Below, in pieces: positions 11,854 to 24,835 of a stretch of 64,000 nt of DNA. The notes beneath the pieces were generated by a model that made no database searches, was not told the DNA's origin, and saw only the letters and a program-made list of their open reading frames with translations. How positions within the stretch are numbered: the stretch's first letter is position 1; each line of letters starts with the position of its first letter. The stretch is from assembly GCF_018350175.1 (NCBI RefSeq), contig NC_058373.1:115880001-115944000 (forward strand), written 5' to 3'. This DNA is from Felis catus. Lineage: Eukaryota. A program made the translations under genes and the position numbers.

Positions 11854-11896
11854 CAGTGGTCTGGAACTGGACCAGCAATATCTCAAGAAATGCCTG
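11811..11896 (+). mobile_element. (AAT)n repeat followed by a Tigger1 right end
   Basis: gcagtggtctggaactggaccagcaatatctcaagaaatgcctg+TA matches the Tigger1 terminus. Confidence 0.65.
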
Positions 11897-12649
11897 TATT
11901 TAATCTTCCCTCCTCTGTATAATTACCGTACAGCCTGCAGTCACCCTTTGAAATCAACGTTGTTAAGTTAGCTTTGGTACTTGGCCAATCAGTAGGCTGA
12001 ATATTAGGACAATGGAGACAGAGGTTGTGGGTGATAGGTGTTGGTTGCAATTATCAAGGGGGATTTTGTGTGTGTGACCAAAAGTATTATACAGAGGGTT
12101 TCATTTTGGTTTTAAGAATTTTAAAATTGCAAATCAAAAAGCCTAGTTCTGTAGGCATTTCGGTTCAGTTTCTAGCTCTGATTTCTTCTTTTTTATGTAT
12201 AAATCAGACTACATTTAGCAATAATTTTAAGGGGCCTTTGACTGGTCCCATTTACAAAATTGACTAATTAAACATTTAAGCTGCTTATAAAAGATAATGG
12301 AAATTTAAACACAGGAATAAATTTGTCAATAAGTTTAAAAATTTAAGCAAATTTTCATGGGAAAATTTGGGAAACTTCCTGGGGGAAATTCCTTGAAAAA
12401 CCAAACAAAAGTAATAGAAAAATTAAACAGTTCTACATTAATTAGAGTTTGAATCTATATGAAAAATATAAATTAAAAACAATATACCCTTTCACAAAAT
12501 CTCTGGTATAGTGGGTTCTCAAAGTGTTTTTTGAGGTAATACAAATGACTGAATAGTGATAAAACAGAGACATATCCTAATCAAACTTTACTAATTAAGT
12601 TTCAGCAATTGCTTCAACAGTAGTAACCTAAGAGCAATGACTGAATGTT

Positions 12650-13095
12650 TAGGAATTACAGACATTTGTGCCATGATCAAAGGCTTTGAAGATACAGGGA
12701 TAATGATAACCAATCACACCCATATTTAACTCACCTATTTTGCATGTGCAAGTGGGTTGAAGAGTTACTACTAATTTTCTTTTTTTTTTTTTTAATTTTT
12801 TTTCAACGTTTATTTATTTTTGGGACAGAGAGAGACAGAGCATGAACGGGGGAGGGCCAGAGAGAGAGGGAGACACAGAATCGGAAACAGGCTCCAGGCT
12901 CCGAGCCATCAGCCCAGAGCCTGACGCGGGGCTGGAACTCACGGACCGCGAGATCGTGACCTGGCTGAAGTCCGACGCTTAACCGACTGTGCCACCCAGG
13001 CGCCCCACTACTAATTTTCTTAAACAAGGCAGGGGTGATTATAATTACACCTGCTCTTTCAGTTCTGATTTGTTTATTCACAACCCAACACAACT
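12650..13095 (+). mobile_element. ERV-L reverse transcriptase fragment interrupted by a SINE
   Basis: GITDICAMIKGFEDTGIMI...FNSPI resembles ERV-L RT GIAEISATIKDLKDAGVVI...FNSPI. Confidence 0.6.
12781..13006 (-). mobile_element. Young SINEC_Fc
   Basis: TSD actactaattttctt. Confidence 0.95.
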
Positions 13096-13352
13096 AAATC
13101 TATTATGTAGGTAATAATTATGTAGCTAATAATAGTTATGAAGGGTTGAAAGCAAAAGATAAATCATATGAACACCAAGATATAAAAAAGAGAGCAAACG
13201 TTAACAAAAATAAATCTGATGAAAACATATCAGAAGATGACAAGGTGAATAGAATTGTTGGATCACTATATTGTACACCTCAAATTAATACAACACTATT
13301 CATTAATTATACTGGAATTAAAAAGATTGTTTTAATTTAAAAAAACTGACAA

Positions 13353-13558
13353 GAGGCACCATGGTCAGTCAGTTAAGCCTCTGATTCTTGATTTTGGCTT
13401 AGGTCATGATCTCATGGTTCATGAGTTCAAGCCCTGTGTCGGGCTCTATACTGATAGTGTAGAGCCTGCTTGGGATTCTCTTTCCCTCTTTCTCTGCCCC
13501 TCCCCAACTCATGCTCACTCGCTCTCTCTCAAAATAAATAAATAAACTTAAAAAAAAG
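13353..13558 (+). mobile_element. CAN-SINE
   Basis: SINE body and tail, directly after a short L1 3' end (13245-13345). Confidence 0.85.
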
Positions 13559-16500
13559 ATGGTAAGGGAAATACTGACAAAGATAAAGAGGTATCAATCA
13601 AGGTAAAGAGGAACAATATTTAATATAGGAAGAAACATTCCATGGTATTTTGTATGCACCTAATAGCAGAGCTTCAAAATATGTGAAGCAAGAGTTGAGA
13701 GGTCAAAAAGAAGAAATAAAAAACCCAGTATCATATTTGGAGACCTTTACCTAGAACAAGCAAGAAAATAAGACAGAATTAAATGACATTAAAGTGTCCC
13801 AATCAATACATACAGAACACTATACTCAAAAACTGCAGGATACACATCATTTTCAAATGTATGTAGGGCATTTACCAAAACTGATGACATTCATAGCATA
13901 AAGCAAGTCTAAAAGAATACAAATTGTACAACAGATGCACTTTTGGTTTCTGCTCGGTCATGTAAAAAGCTTGCAAATCATCACTCCCACCCTCACAAAA
14001 AGGAAAAACATGAAAAAGCTGAAAAATCAATGACCTTTCTTAGGTCCATCAGACCAATGAGACACAGGACAAACAAACTGGATAAAGCAGAGAATAGGGA
14101 TGAGCTTATCTAAAGCAGAAGTGGTTGGAGCCAATGACGCGCAAATGGTGACTTCAGTGAATTCCTGGAGTGTTGACTAACATCATTATTAAAAACTCTT
14201 GAGGTCTCACTCTAAGGGGAGCCTCTATACTGCCATAAGTCTGATCTCCAAAAAATCTACCAGACACTCATAATAAAAATCAGGGGGAAAAAAAATCACC
14301 AAATGTTTGACCAAGAAGAGGAGAAAAGCAATCCGGGGACATATGGTGAAGGCAACAGTAACCACTTTGAAATACACCCAGAGTGTCCTCAAAACAAAGG
14401 CCTACCCAGCAAGGGGAACAACTTCACCAGAGCCTTATTCAACTTGAGGGAAGTGAAATTACCCAACTTCATCCCCCTTTAGCCTTCTTATGTCACCTAA
14501 GTTTGGGGATGGGGAGATAGGAGAGCTTAAATGCCCAAGTTCATAGTCCAGGGGCACAGGACCACTACAAGACTGAGACCTAATCTAAGAACACAGAATG
14601 CTTCCCATTCTCCCACTCCTTATACCACATCAAAAGGGCTTCTGTACAAGTGGATTACACCTGAAAGAACTATAAAACATAGACTCTATTTTAAGGAGTT
14701 TCTCAGGAAATCCTAAGACAATATGGTAGACAAAAACAAGGACTCTAGAAGAAATTGAAACTTCTCACATCTGCAGCTACAGGAAAGAATAAACACAGCC
14801 TAACTTCTGGTCAAATAAACACTAAAGGCCTATCTATCTCATTTTCTATTGCCCAATATATCATGTCTGGCTTTCAACAAAAAATTACAAAGCATGTTAA
14901 AAGGCAGGGAAAAAAAAAAAACAGTCTGAAAAAACAAAGCAAGCATCAGAGTCAGACTCAGATATGGCAAGTTTTTGGAATTACCTGAATGGGAACTTAA
15001 ATAACCATGATTAATATGCTAAGGGGTATAACAGAAAAAGTTGATAATATACAAGAATGAGTAATATAAGCAGAAAATGGAAACTCTAGGAAACAATCGA
15101 AAGGAAATGACAAGATATCAAAAACATGATCACAGATATGAAGAAGGCTTTTGATGCGCTCATGAGTAGACTGGAACATGGCCAAAGAAAGAATCCGTGA
15201 GAGCTTGAAGGTATGTCAACAGAAACTTCCTAAACTGAAATGGAAAGAAAAAAAAACCGGGGGTGTGTGGGGGGAGACTATCCAAGAACTGTGGTACAAT
15301 TATAACAGGTGTAATATACACATAAAGGGAATAAAAATCAGAGAAGAGAAAAAGAAGCAGAAAAAAATATTTGCAGTAATAATGGCTGAGAATTTTTCCA
15401 TAGTTAATGACAGAAACCACACCACACCAGGAATCTCAGAGAATTCCAAGCAGCAGAAAGAGCAAGGAAAGTGTACCTAGGGAAACGCTGAGTTTCTGGT
15501 GCAGCATGTACAGAGACTGGAAGTCATGACTCCATCATAGCAAACAAGTAAAAAGCTGAACACGCTAAAAATTACTAACTTCTTTGAGATCCATAAGAGA
15601 ACCGAAGTCATGGAAAAACCGCTGTCTCCAAAACTGAAGAGACCAGCAGTGAATATGGAAACCCATAACTTTCCAGAGCAGAAAGCCACAAGCAGAAATA
15701 TCTGTGGGAAACTGGAATGGATAGGAAAACTTAAACCGTAATTGACGAATTACTGAAGGCTAGGTGTGGACAAGTCGGAGACTTAAAAATTACAGGGAAG
15801 GCCAGTTTAGAGGGCCCCTCACACTTCTGGGAGTTTTACCTCCATGAACCTACCAGGTTCTCATGCTGACGTCGGAGAAAAATCCCCTCCTTGTTCTGGC
15901 AGGAAGAGATGAAAGTAGCCATAACTGAAATACATCCAGAGCATTCTATTCTTTTTCATAAGGCTTAAAGAACAACTATTTCCCACAGTCTAATCTACTG
16001 GGGTTATCAGCATCTAACTGGACTGGGGGGAAGGAAAATATAAGACTCTAACCTCCTCTAGTCATCCTATTCCACCTAGGAGGGGTGGAGGAACTGAGAA
16101 GAGTTGTGAGGGTCACGGTATAGCTGTACAGGGCTACTTAAAGATTCAGACCTAATCTGAAGATTCAGAATTTCCCCTCCCCCTATACCTTGCCACCGCA
16201 TCACTAAAGGCCTACATACCAACACATACATATCCTTTTACCAAGTACATCATACCTTGATTATGACAAAAAATATTACAAGGTTTATTAAAGATAAAAA
16301 ACATTTTGAAGAGACACAGCAAGCATCAGACCCAGATCAGATATGGCAGAGATGTTGGAAATATCAGACCAGAAATTTAAAGCAACTATGATCAACATGC
16401 TGAGAACTCTAATGTAAAAAGTACACAATATGGAAAAACAGTCATGTAAAGAGAGAGATGAAAATTCTAATAAAAGAATCTAAAAGAAATGCTAGAAGTT

Positions 16501-16778
16501 GAAAACTCTATAATAGAAAGAATGCCTTGATGAGGTCATCAGTACATTGAACATGGCTGAGGAAAGAATCAGTCAATTCAAGAATATATCAATAAAAGTG
16601 TTTAAACTGAAAGGAAAAAGAAAAGAAAATAGACCAGAATATCCAAGAACTGTTGAACCACTATAAATGATCTAACATGGGTATGATGGGACTATCAGAA
16701 GAATAAGAAAGGAAAAAACATTCAGAATCCATGACAGAACATTCCCAAAGATTTGCCAGTAGAAAAAAGCAGTATGTT

Positions 16779-16943
16779 GGGGCACCTGGGTGGCTGTTGG
16801 TTAAGCATCCGACTTTGGCTCAGGTCATGATCTCACTGGGTTTGTGGGTTTGAGCCCCACGTCGGACTCTGTGCTGACAGCTCAGAGCCTGGAACCTCCT
16901 TTGCATTTTGTGTCTCCATCTCTCTGCCCCTCCCCCTCTTGCT

Positions 16944-16985
<42 letters not shown>

Positions 16986-17010
16986 AATAAATATTAAATT
17001 TTTTTAAATC
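16779..17010 (+). mobile_element. CAN-SINE with long (CT)n
   Basis: SINE consensus. Confidence 0.9.
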
Positions 17011-18174
17011 ACTTTAAAGGTCAGTGGCCTAAACACACCAATTAAAAGACAGAGAGTTTTAAAGTGGATTAAAAACAACCCACCTATATGTTGAGTACAA
17101 GAAACCCACTTTAAGCATTAAGACATACAATTTTAAAATAAAGGGACAAAGAATATACCATGCTAACACAAATAAAAAAAAAGCTGGAGTAGATAAATTA
17201 ATTTCAGACAGGGAAGACTTAACGGCAAAGAAAATTATCAAGGATAAAGAGAGACATCACATGATTAAGGGGTCAATTCTCTAAGAAGACATAACAATCC
17301 TTAGTGTGTATGTATCCAACAACAGAGCATTAAAATACAAAAAGCAAAGCTGATTCAAATGCAAGGAGAAATAGATGAATTCACTATTACAGTTGGAGAC
17401 TTCAATACCCCTCTATCAGTAACAGCCAGATCCAGCGGGTAGAAAATCAGTAAGGACATACTTGAACTTAATACCACCATCAATCTACTGGATATAATTG
17501 ACATTTATAAAATAGTTCACACAACACCAACAGAATACACATTCTTCTCAAACTCACATGGAACATTCACCAAGATAAACTGCATCTCAGGCCATAAAAT
17601 ACATCTTAACAAATTTAAAAGAATAGAAATGATATAATATATACTCTCAGACAACAATAGAATTTAACTAGAATTAATAACAGAAACTATCTGGAAATCC
17701 CAAATTTGTAGAGATTTAACATAATACAATTTACATTAGCCCCCCTCCAAGATAAAATATTTAGGTATAAATCAAATAAATATACATAAGATCTATATGA
17801 GGAAAAGTACAAAATTGATGAAATCAAAGAACCAAATAAATATAGAGATATTCCATGTTCATAGATAGGAAGACTCAATATTGTCAGGATGTGAATTCTT
17901 TTCAAATGATCTATAGACTCAATGTAATCCCAATAAAATCTTAGCAAATTTTTTGTGGATATCAACAAAGTGATTCTACAGTTTACATAGACAGAAAGGC
18001 CCAGAATAGCCAACACAATACTGAAGGAGAAGAATAAAATTGGAAAACTGACACTATATGACTTCAAGAATTCTATAAAACCACAGTAATCAAGACAGTG
18101 TGGTATTGGTAAAATAATAGAGAAGTAGATCAAAGAGGTAGAATACAATGTCCAGAAAAAGGGCCATACAAATA

Positions 18175-18499
18175 CAGTTGACCCTTGAACAATATGGGAG
18201 TTAGAGGCACCAACCAGTTGAAAATCCACATGTAACTTTTGACTCCCCCAAAACTTTACTAATTGACTACTGTTGACCAGAAGCCTTACTGATAACATAA
18301 ACACTGGATTAACACATATTTTGTATGTTATATATAATATGTATTGTATTCTTAGAATAAAGTAAGCTAGAGAAAAGAAAATGTTTTCAGAAAGTAAAAA
18401 GGAAAAGAAATTTATAGTACTGTATTGCATTTATTTTTTAAAAATCCATATAGAAGTGGACCTATGCAGCTCAAATCTCTGTTGTTCAAGGGTCCACTG
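18175..18499. mobile_element. Tigger2a-like non-autonomous DNA transposon
   Basis: TIRs cagttgacccttgaacaa / ttgttcaagggtccactg, flanked by TA on both sides. Confidence 0.85.
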
Positions 18500-18580
18500 T
18501 ATAGTCAACTGGTCTTTGACAAAGGAGCAAAGGCAATATGATACAGAAAAGACAGTCTTTTTAAGAAATGGTACTAGAGT

Positions 18581-18793
18581 GGGATGCCTGGGTGGCTCAG
18601 TCAGTTAAGCATCCAACTTTGGTTCCTGATCTCACAGTTCAGGACTTCGAGCCCCATGTTGGGCTCTGTGCTGACAGCTCGGAGCCTGGAACCTGCTTCA
18701 GATTCTGTGTCTCCCTCAGATTCTGTGTGTGTGTCTCTCTCTGTCCCTCCCCCACTCACGCTCTGTCAAAAATAAGTAAACATGAAAAAAAAA
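18581..18793 (+). mobile_element. CAN-SINE with a small internal duplication (tcagattctgtgt x2)
   Basis: SINE consensus. Confidence 0.9.
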
Positions 18794-18935
18794 ATGGTGC
18801 TGGAGCAACTGGATATTCCCATGCAAAACAATGAATCTAGACACATACCTTACACTCTTTACAGAGTTAACTCAAAATGAATTATAGGTCTATATATAAA
18901 CTGCAAAACTAGTGGTGCCTGGGTGGAGAATTCAT

Positions 18936-18975
18936 TCTCTCTCTGTCTCTCTCTGTCTCTCTCTGTCTCTCTCTG

Positions 18976-19034
<59 letters not shown>
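18936..19034. repeat. Compound (TC)n(CA)n microsatellite
   Basis: Direct. Confidence 0.95.
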
Positions 19035-19038
<4 letters not shown>

Positions 19039-19089
19039 ATTTAATATTTACCCCAGGAGTTTAGGAAAAAAGCAACAACATTCTCTTAG

Positions 19090-21065
19090 TCTTTCTAGAG
19101 GAAACGCAACTGGCATGTGGGCCCCACCCAAATGGTGATTCCCAGGAAGGACCCCAGAGCCTGGAGCACTGGCAGAGCCTTCCACCTATCTCCCTCAGGA
19201 TTGCCTACAGCCAGTGCTTGGAGGACCACACCCTTCTCCTTTGTCTACAGCCTAAGAAGCTCTGGGTTTCCAGAACTTGCAGGTGTTCACACACACAGAG
19301 CTGCACGCCCTCCATGCAGATAAGTCCTTCATCTAAGATGACTGCTACCATCATGGTTATGTTGAGGGGGCCCCCAGAGATCCCTGATTGTCCTCAGTAC
19401 CTGTTTATGGACCATTCGAGGGATCCGACAGATAAATGACCTCAAGGCACTTTACCACATTGGAACACTAATTGTTATGAGACTCAATTCCCACTCATGA
19501 AATGCAGCTTAATAAAAGATGATGTAACATCAGAAGTTGGAGTTCAGGGCAGAAAATTCAAAACTTGCCCCAAATTCCCACAGCTGGTGGACCCACTGGC
19601 CCTTTGTGGAGTTGGTTATAGTGGTGTTCAACTGTAGTTTCAATTACTCAAACAGGAATGTCTCAAAGACAACAGAAATATATTAAATGTGACCAATTTA
19701 GTAGATTCCATCTGTCTACGTGTAGGCCTTCGCATTTTTTAAATTGGGGTTGAGATTTGGAACCAGACAAATTTTATCAATGTTGAACAAGTCAACTTCT
19801 TGACAGCTTTCAGTGACTGGAAAAGCATTCATCTTTAGCCCTGTTTGCCACATGATTCTGGGCATCTGTGTGTGGGCTGGGATTTTTCTAATGTATTTGG
19901 ATTGGCTTGCATCTCAGGAATATGGTACCCTCATTTGGGGCCAGCGGTTTGTAAATTCTTCCATTTTGCAGTAGTCATTGTTCACCAACTGGGCCATAAT
20001 CCTGAAATGTCTCATGTAGAGGAATTCTGTTTATGCAATAAAAATATTGCATCATGATTGCCCATAATACAAATACCTGTACGTTTAGCAACTGCAGTTA
20101 TGGAAGTTACTTTAACCTCATGAACTATAGCTGGGGGTGGGGTGGGGTGGGGCGGGGCAGGATCTGTCTGACAAATACATCTATTTTTGGAAATGTTATC
20201 CTACTGGAACAATGTGGTAACAAGGTAGTGGAAGGTGATGAAGAGTGTAACTGTGGGTCAGAACATCAGTGCACAAAGGATCCTTGCTGGGCCTCTACTT
20301 GTAAACTGAAACCTTGGGCAGTCTGTGCTTTTGGACCTTGCTGTATAAAATGTAAGTCTGCTTCTCCCAGAAAGCTCTGTAGAGCATATATCAGCGAGCG
20401 TGACCTTCCCAAGCGGTATACTGGAAGTTTAAGGCGGTGCCCTGATGATGCCTTGCGGTGACAGTGCCCACTGTTAACACAAAATGTGCAACAGTCGCAA
20501 TAAACAATGTCAATATATTTTGGCCAAACAGCAAGGAATGTCTCCCTGAGCTGCTGTAAAACAATTAATATGCAAGAAGATCATTTTGGCCACTGTGGTA
20601 TGAGGGTTTAACATATAAACATGCCCTCCTCCAAGTACTTTATGTGGAAGAGTACAGCGTGAGAATATAGAAACAATCCCCAATCCCAAACAACACAATG
20701 CCATAATTCAGATTATCAGTTAATGGTGCCAAGTGTTGAGGAACCAACTACCACTTTAAGAGGGAGGTAGTTGATATTGGACAAATAAAAGATAGCATCT
20801 TTTGTGGTCTAGGCAAGTTATGTATAAGAGCTTTGTCAATTATTTGATCCTAAATTGTAACTGCAAATTAGAAAAATGTACACAACAATGAAAAACACTG
20901 CCACAGTACTTCCCTACTGTGAGTTTACAAGCCAATGGAGGCAGCTCAGATAGCAACCCAGCTCCAAGAGGCAGACTCTTTCCCCTACTATTAACAATTC
21001 TTGACACAGTAATTCTATTCATCCTCGTTTTCCTTGCTTCTATAGCTTATGTTTTATCAGAATAC
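19090..21065 (+). pseudogene. Intronless ADAM20/21-family pseudogene spanning prodomain to transmembrane segment
   Basis: Colinear motifs QMVIPRK, FI*DDCYHHGYVEG, WWTHWPFVELV, IGVEIWN, HQLGHNPEMSH (19983-20015), FSNCSY, CGNKVVEGDEECNCGS, C*GTNYH, DIGQIKD, NGGSSDS and a hydrophobic TM. Stops at 19334, 19836 and 20737 plus frameshifts. Confidence 0.9.
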
Positions 21066-21069
21066 TCTT

Positions 21070-21283
21070 TTTAAAATTTTTTTTTTAACGTTTATTTATT
21101 TTTGAGACAGAGACAGAGCATGAACGGGGGAGGGGCAGAGAGAGGGAGACACAGAATTGGAAGTAGGCTCCGGGCTCTGAGACATCAGTCCAGAGCCCGA
21201 CGCGGGGCTCGAACTCACGGACCGCGAGATCGTGACCTGAGCCGAAGACGGCCGCTTAACCAACTGAGCCACCCAGGCGCCCC
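21070..21283 (-). mobile_element. Young SINEC_Fc just after the pseudogene TM segment
   Basis: TSD agaatactct. Confidence 0.95.
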
Positions 21284-21331
21284 GAGAATACTCTGTTTTT
21301 AATGGAGTCTCTACTCAAGAAAATATCCTTA

Positions 21332-21557
21332 GGGGTGCCTGGGTGGCTCAGTCGGTTAGGCAACTGACTTTAGCTCAGGTCATGATCTCACGGTTTGTGG
21401 GTTCGAGCTCCGCATCGGGCTCCATGCTGACAGCTCAGAGTCTGGAGCCTGCTTCAGATTCTGTGTGTGTCTCTCTCTCTGTTCCTCCCCTGCTCGTTCT
21501 CTATCTCTTTCTGTCTCTCAAAAATAAATAAAATGTTAAAAAAAAAAAAAAAAAAAA
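21332..21557 (+). mobile_element. CAN-SINE
   Basis: TSD aagaaaatatcctta. Confidence 0.95.
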
Positions 21558-22355
21558 AAGAAAATATCCTTAGAACTTAAAAGAGGACATAGAAGGATTA
21601 CAAAATATTCACTGGTTCAAAGAAAAATGTCTTTGGAAAGGGAAGCCACTGCATGATTACTGTCCAATTGTTCCCAATGACCTGCAGTTCATTAATTTAG
21701 AAAGTCTGATCAAAGGCAAATTTTCTTGGTTCTCTATGCTTCACTGAAGGATTAGCACGCATTAACTTCTGAAATTAAATGTCTTTTGCCTTTTGTTAGT
21801 AACTACTCAGTTCTTTTTCCATTTAAGGTAGGGTGACACTCAGTACGAAACCCTCGAAAAGTGTCCAAATGCTTTCGTCATATTAGCACTGTGGCTACCC
21901 CCTTTAACCAGACGTAAGGGAACTAGTGTGTGGCACGATCACTGAGACAAAACATTCAAAGGTAAGGCTCCCTTTGTAGTATCTGAAGGCAAAATGGTAC
22001 AGGAAATCAGAAGAAAGAATGGGGCTAATACACAAAATAGGCAGAAAAGAGCCCGAAATACTATAAAGAGATACAAAAAGGTAAAAGTCAGGGAGTCAAA
22101 GGAAAGCACAGGAAAATCTGCTGTTTTTATGGTTTCTGTAAAAACAGTTAATAGTCTGAAAAAATCTCCAGTGAAGTAGTTTCACAAAGGAATCTGGTAA
22201 GGAAAAATATAGTCTAAAATAAAAATAATATATAGGCCAAACCTTATAGTTACTATCCTGGCTGCTATAAAGGAACCCTGGAGACCCTAGCTGCCTTTAG
22301 CATCCAATTAGATGTCTCTGGGTAGTGGGGCTGATGAATTACCTTTCAAACATAC

Positions 22356-22358
<3 letters not shown>

Positions 22359-22401
<43 letters not shown>
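22359..22401. repeat. (TG)n microsatellite
   Basis: Direct. Confidence 0.95.
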
Positions 22402-22404
<3 letters not shown>

Positions 22405-22594
22405 GTGCCAAGTACACTGTACAGAGTTGTGGAGACTCTCCTGCCCTTAGCTGAGGTAAATAGACATGAAAATACAAAATTACAGTGGTAGGATAAATGC
22501 TATATAGATGGTATGCACAGGATTCTTGGGAAGCACAGTTACTGGAACAGAGGGGAGCCGATCAGAAGGCAACTGAGTTGCTTCAGAAGAAGAA

Positions 22595-22830
22595 GTGATA
22601 ATGATAATAGCCAGCACTTATGGAAGTGCTTACCCAAGTATCAGGTTCTAATCTAAAAATAATATTAACTCATTTAACTTTCAAAACAATCCTGACAGGT
22701 GGGTATTGCTATTATCCCCACTTTATGGTTGGAAAAACCGGGCACAGAAGGATCGGATAACTTAGTCAAGGACGCAGCCGGCAAAAAGTGAAGAGTGTGT
22801 GAACCTAGGCTTACTGCTAGTCGTTAAGCG
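22595..22830 (-). mobile_element. MIR
   Basis: aactcatttaac...attatccccactttatgg...ggcacagaag...aacttagtcaagg core. Confidence 0.65.
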
Positions 22831-23284
22831 AAGAGTAAGAGTTAAAAATCTGCGTGGCCAAGAAGACAGTGCACAGACTTTAAAGTTCTGCCACATAGTA
22901 GCAATGACACCTGGAACACACTTTAATCTCCACAAAATTTTACCTCCTTGATTGCAACACTGATAGTAATAGCTTACAAGGTTGTAGCTGACACTGGAGA
23001 CAGCATGCTGTAAATGTAAAATACATATAAAAGCACGTAAAATACTTGTAACATGGTAAGGATGGCAAGGACAATGATGTTGCCCTCTGTACGCTCTGCT
23101 GTTCCCCGTGGGCAAAAGTCAAGGGCAAAGACTCAGCCTCTTGCTGAGAAATGGTGCTGCTCAAAGTCCCAAGTATGGACTGCACCAAGATGTTTAGGGT
23201 GGAATTTTCTGAGACATCCTGAAATATGCCAGTCATAGTACACATGGACATATTTATTCATTTGCTCAGCCCTTCATTCAACAA

Positions 23285-23357
23285 AAATTGTTTAAAGTAG
23301 TCCCCATGCCCATTGTCAAGACTCAATGCCCTACCAACTGAGCCAGCCAGGTGCCCC
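23285..23357 (-). mobile_element. Very short CAN-SINE
   Basis: ggggcacctggctggctcagttggtag head; TSD tcattcaacaa. Confidence 0.7.
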
Positions 23358-23689
23358 TCATTCAACAAGTATTTCCCGATGTTGGGCACTGTGAGAAATT
23401 CTGGGGATATGCCAGTGAACAAGACTGACATTGCTCGTGGAAGTTAAAGTCCAATATAGGAGTCAAACATTAAACAAATAGTTAAGTAAAACTGTGTTGA
23501 GAACCCCCACAAGAGAGTTTAGGGCCTATGAAAATGTATAAACTAGTCTGGGAGAAAAGGCTTCCCGGGAAAAAAAGGCACTTGATTTGAGACATGAAAA
23601 TGAAGTAAAAATAAGCAAGCTAGGAGGCAGAATGTACAAATTCCATGCAAAGGAAACAGTATCTGCAGGAAATTATCATCAGCATTTGA

Positions 23690-24640
23690 CAGACTTGATC
23701 ACTCCCTCCTCCTTGAATTGCTGTCTCCATTTGGCTTTCAGGGATTCACTTCACTCGCCCCTACTTCTCATCTTCATTGCTCTTCTGATCTCCCCCAACT
23801 CTAAATGTGTTTTAGTGGACATTTTCCCCCTTTTCCACACTAATCCTGACGGTGATCTCATCACACTTCATGGTGTTAAAGACCACAGATATGCTAAGTC
23901 AAAATATACGTGTGTGTGCATATGTAAGTATCTCCAGCCTGACACTCCTTTAAAATCCAGATTCATGCTTCCAACTGACTACTTGGCATCACCACTTGAA
24001 TGTTTAATTGGCATCTCAAATTAAGTTCCTTATCGCCTCCCAACCTCACCCTTAAAGTTGCTTGTGTCAGTCTTCTTCATCTCAGTTAATGACGGTTCTA
24101 TCCTTTGAGATGCTCAGAAAAATCTGTCATCTTTGATTCTTCTTTTTGTCATACTTCACACCGCAAATCCTGTTGTTTCAACCTTCAAAATACACATGAA
24201 ATCTGATCACTTCTCCCCACCCCCACTATCATCACACTAGTCAAATCTCCCCTTGATTATTGCCACAGACTCCTACCTTGTCTTCTGTTTCCATCCTTAT
24301 CCCCATCACTCAACTCCCACACAGGGACAGAGTGAACTGTTACATTCTAAGTCATATCAGATGATATCCTATATCCTATCATTACTTTGCTCAGAATCCT
24401 CCGGTGGTTTCCCACCTCATTCACAGTAAAAGTCTACAGAATGTTCTACAAGGTCCTACCCAATATACCTCCCTGCCCCCACTACCTGTCCCTCCCTCCT
24501 TACCTCTGATTCATCTCCTATGGTATTCTGCCCTTTGTTCATTCCCTTATAGCTGTTCCCCTGCTGATCCACGAACACACCAAAGCATACTCCCTCCCTC
24601 AGAACCTTTAGCCTTGTTACTTGTTACTCCCTTGATCTAC
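23690..24640 (-). mobile_element. L2 fragment
   Basis: Pyrimidine-rich L2 motifs (atctccagcc..., tcttcttcatctcagttaatgac, accttcaaaatacacatgaaatctgatcacttctcc). Confidence 0.65.
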
Positions 24641-24835
24641 ACTGATTAGGGGTGCGGGTGTAAATAATTGGTCTCAGATTGATCAGAGAAATATGACCTA
24701 GATATATACATTTGTGAGTCTCCCAGCACATGGAAGGCAATTAAAGTCATATCAGGGTTAAGATTTCCCGTAGAGAATAGAGGGAGCAGAGAAAAGGGCC
24801 CAAGAACGGGGGACACTGACAAAGAATAGCTCACA

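Larger units (their letters stand above)
13940..18910 (+). mobile_element. Old L1 cluster: two tandem 5'UTR/ORF1 segments (13940-15470, 15490-16740), then ORF2 EN and C-terminal pieces
   Basis: Paralogous 5'UTR starts; ORF1 coiled-coil remnants; ORF2 motifs GLNTPIKRQR, KKAGV, IPCS.IGRLNIV. Confidence 0.75.

Noticed and set aside
17687..18430. 247-aa ORF on the - strand
   Set aside because: Antisense reading of L1 ORF2 and a Tigger element; no protein features.
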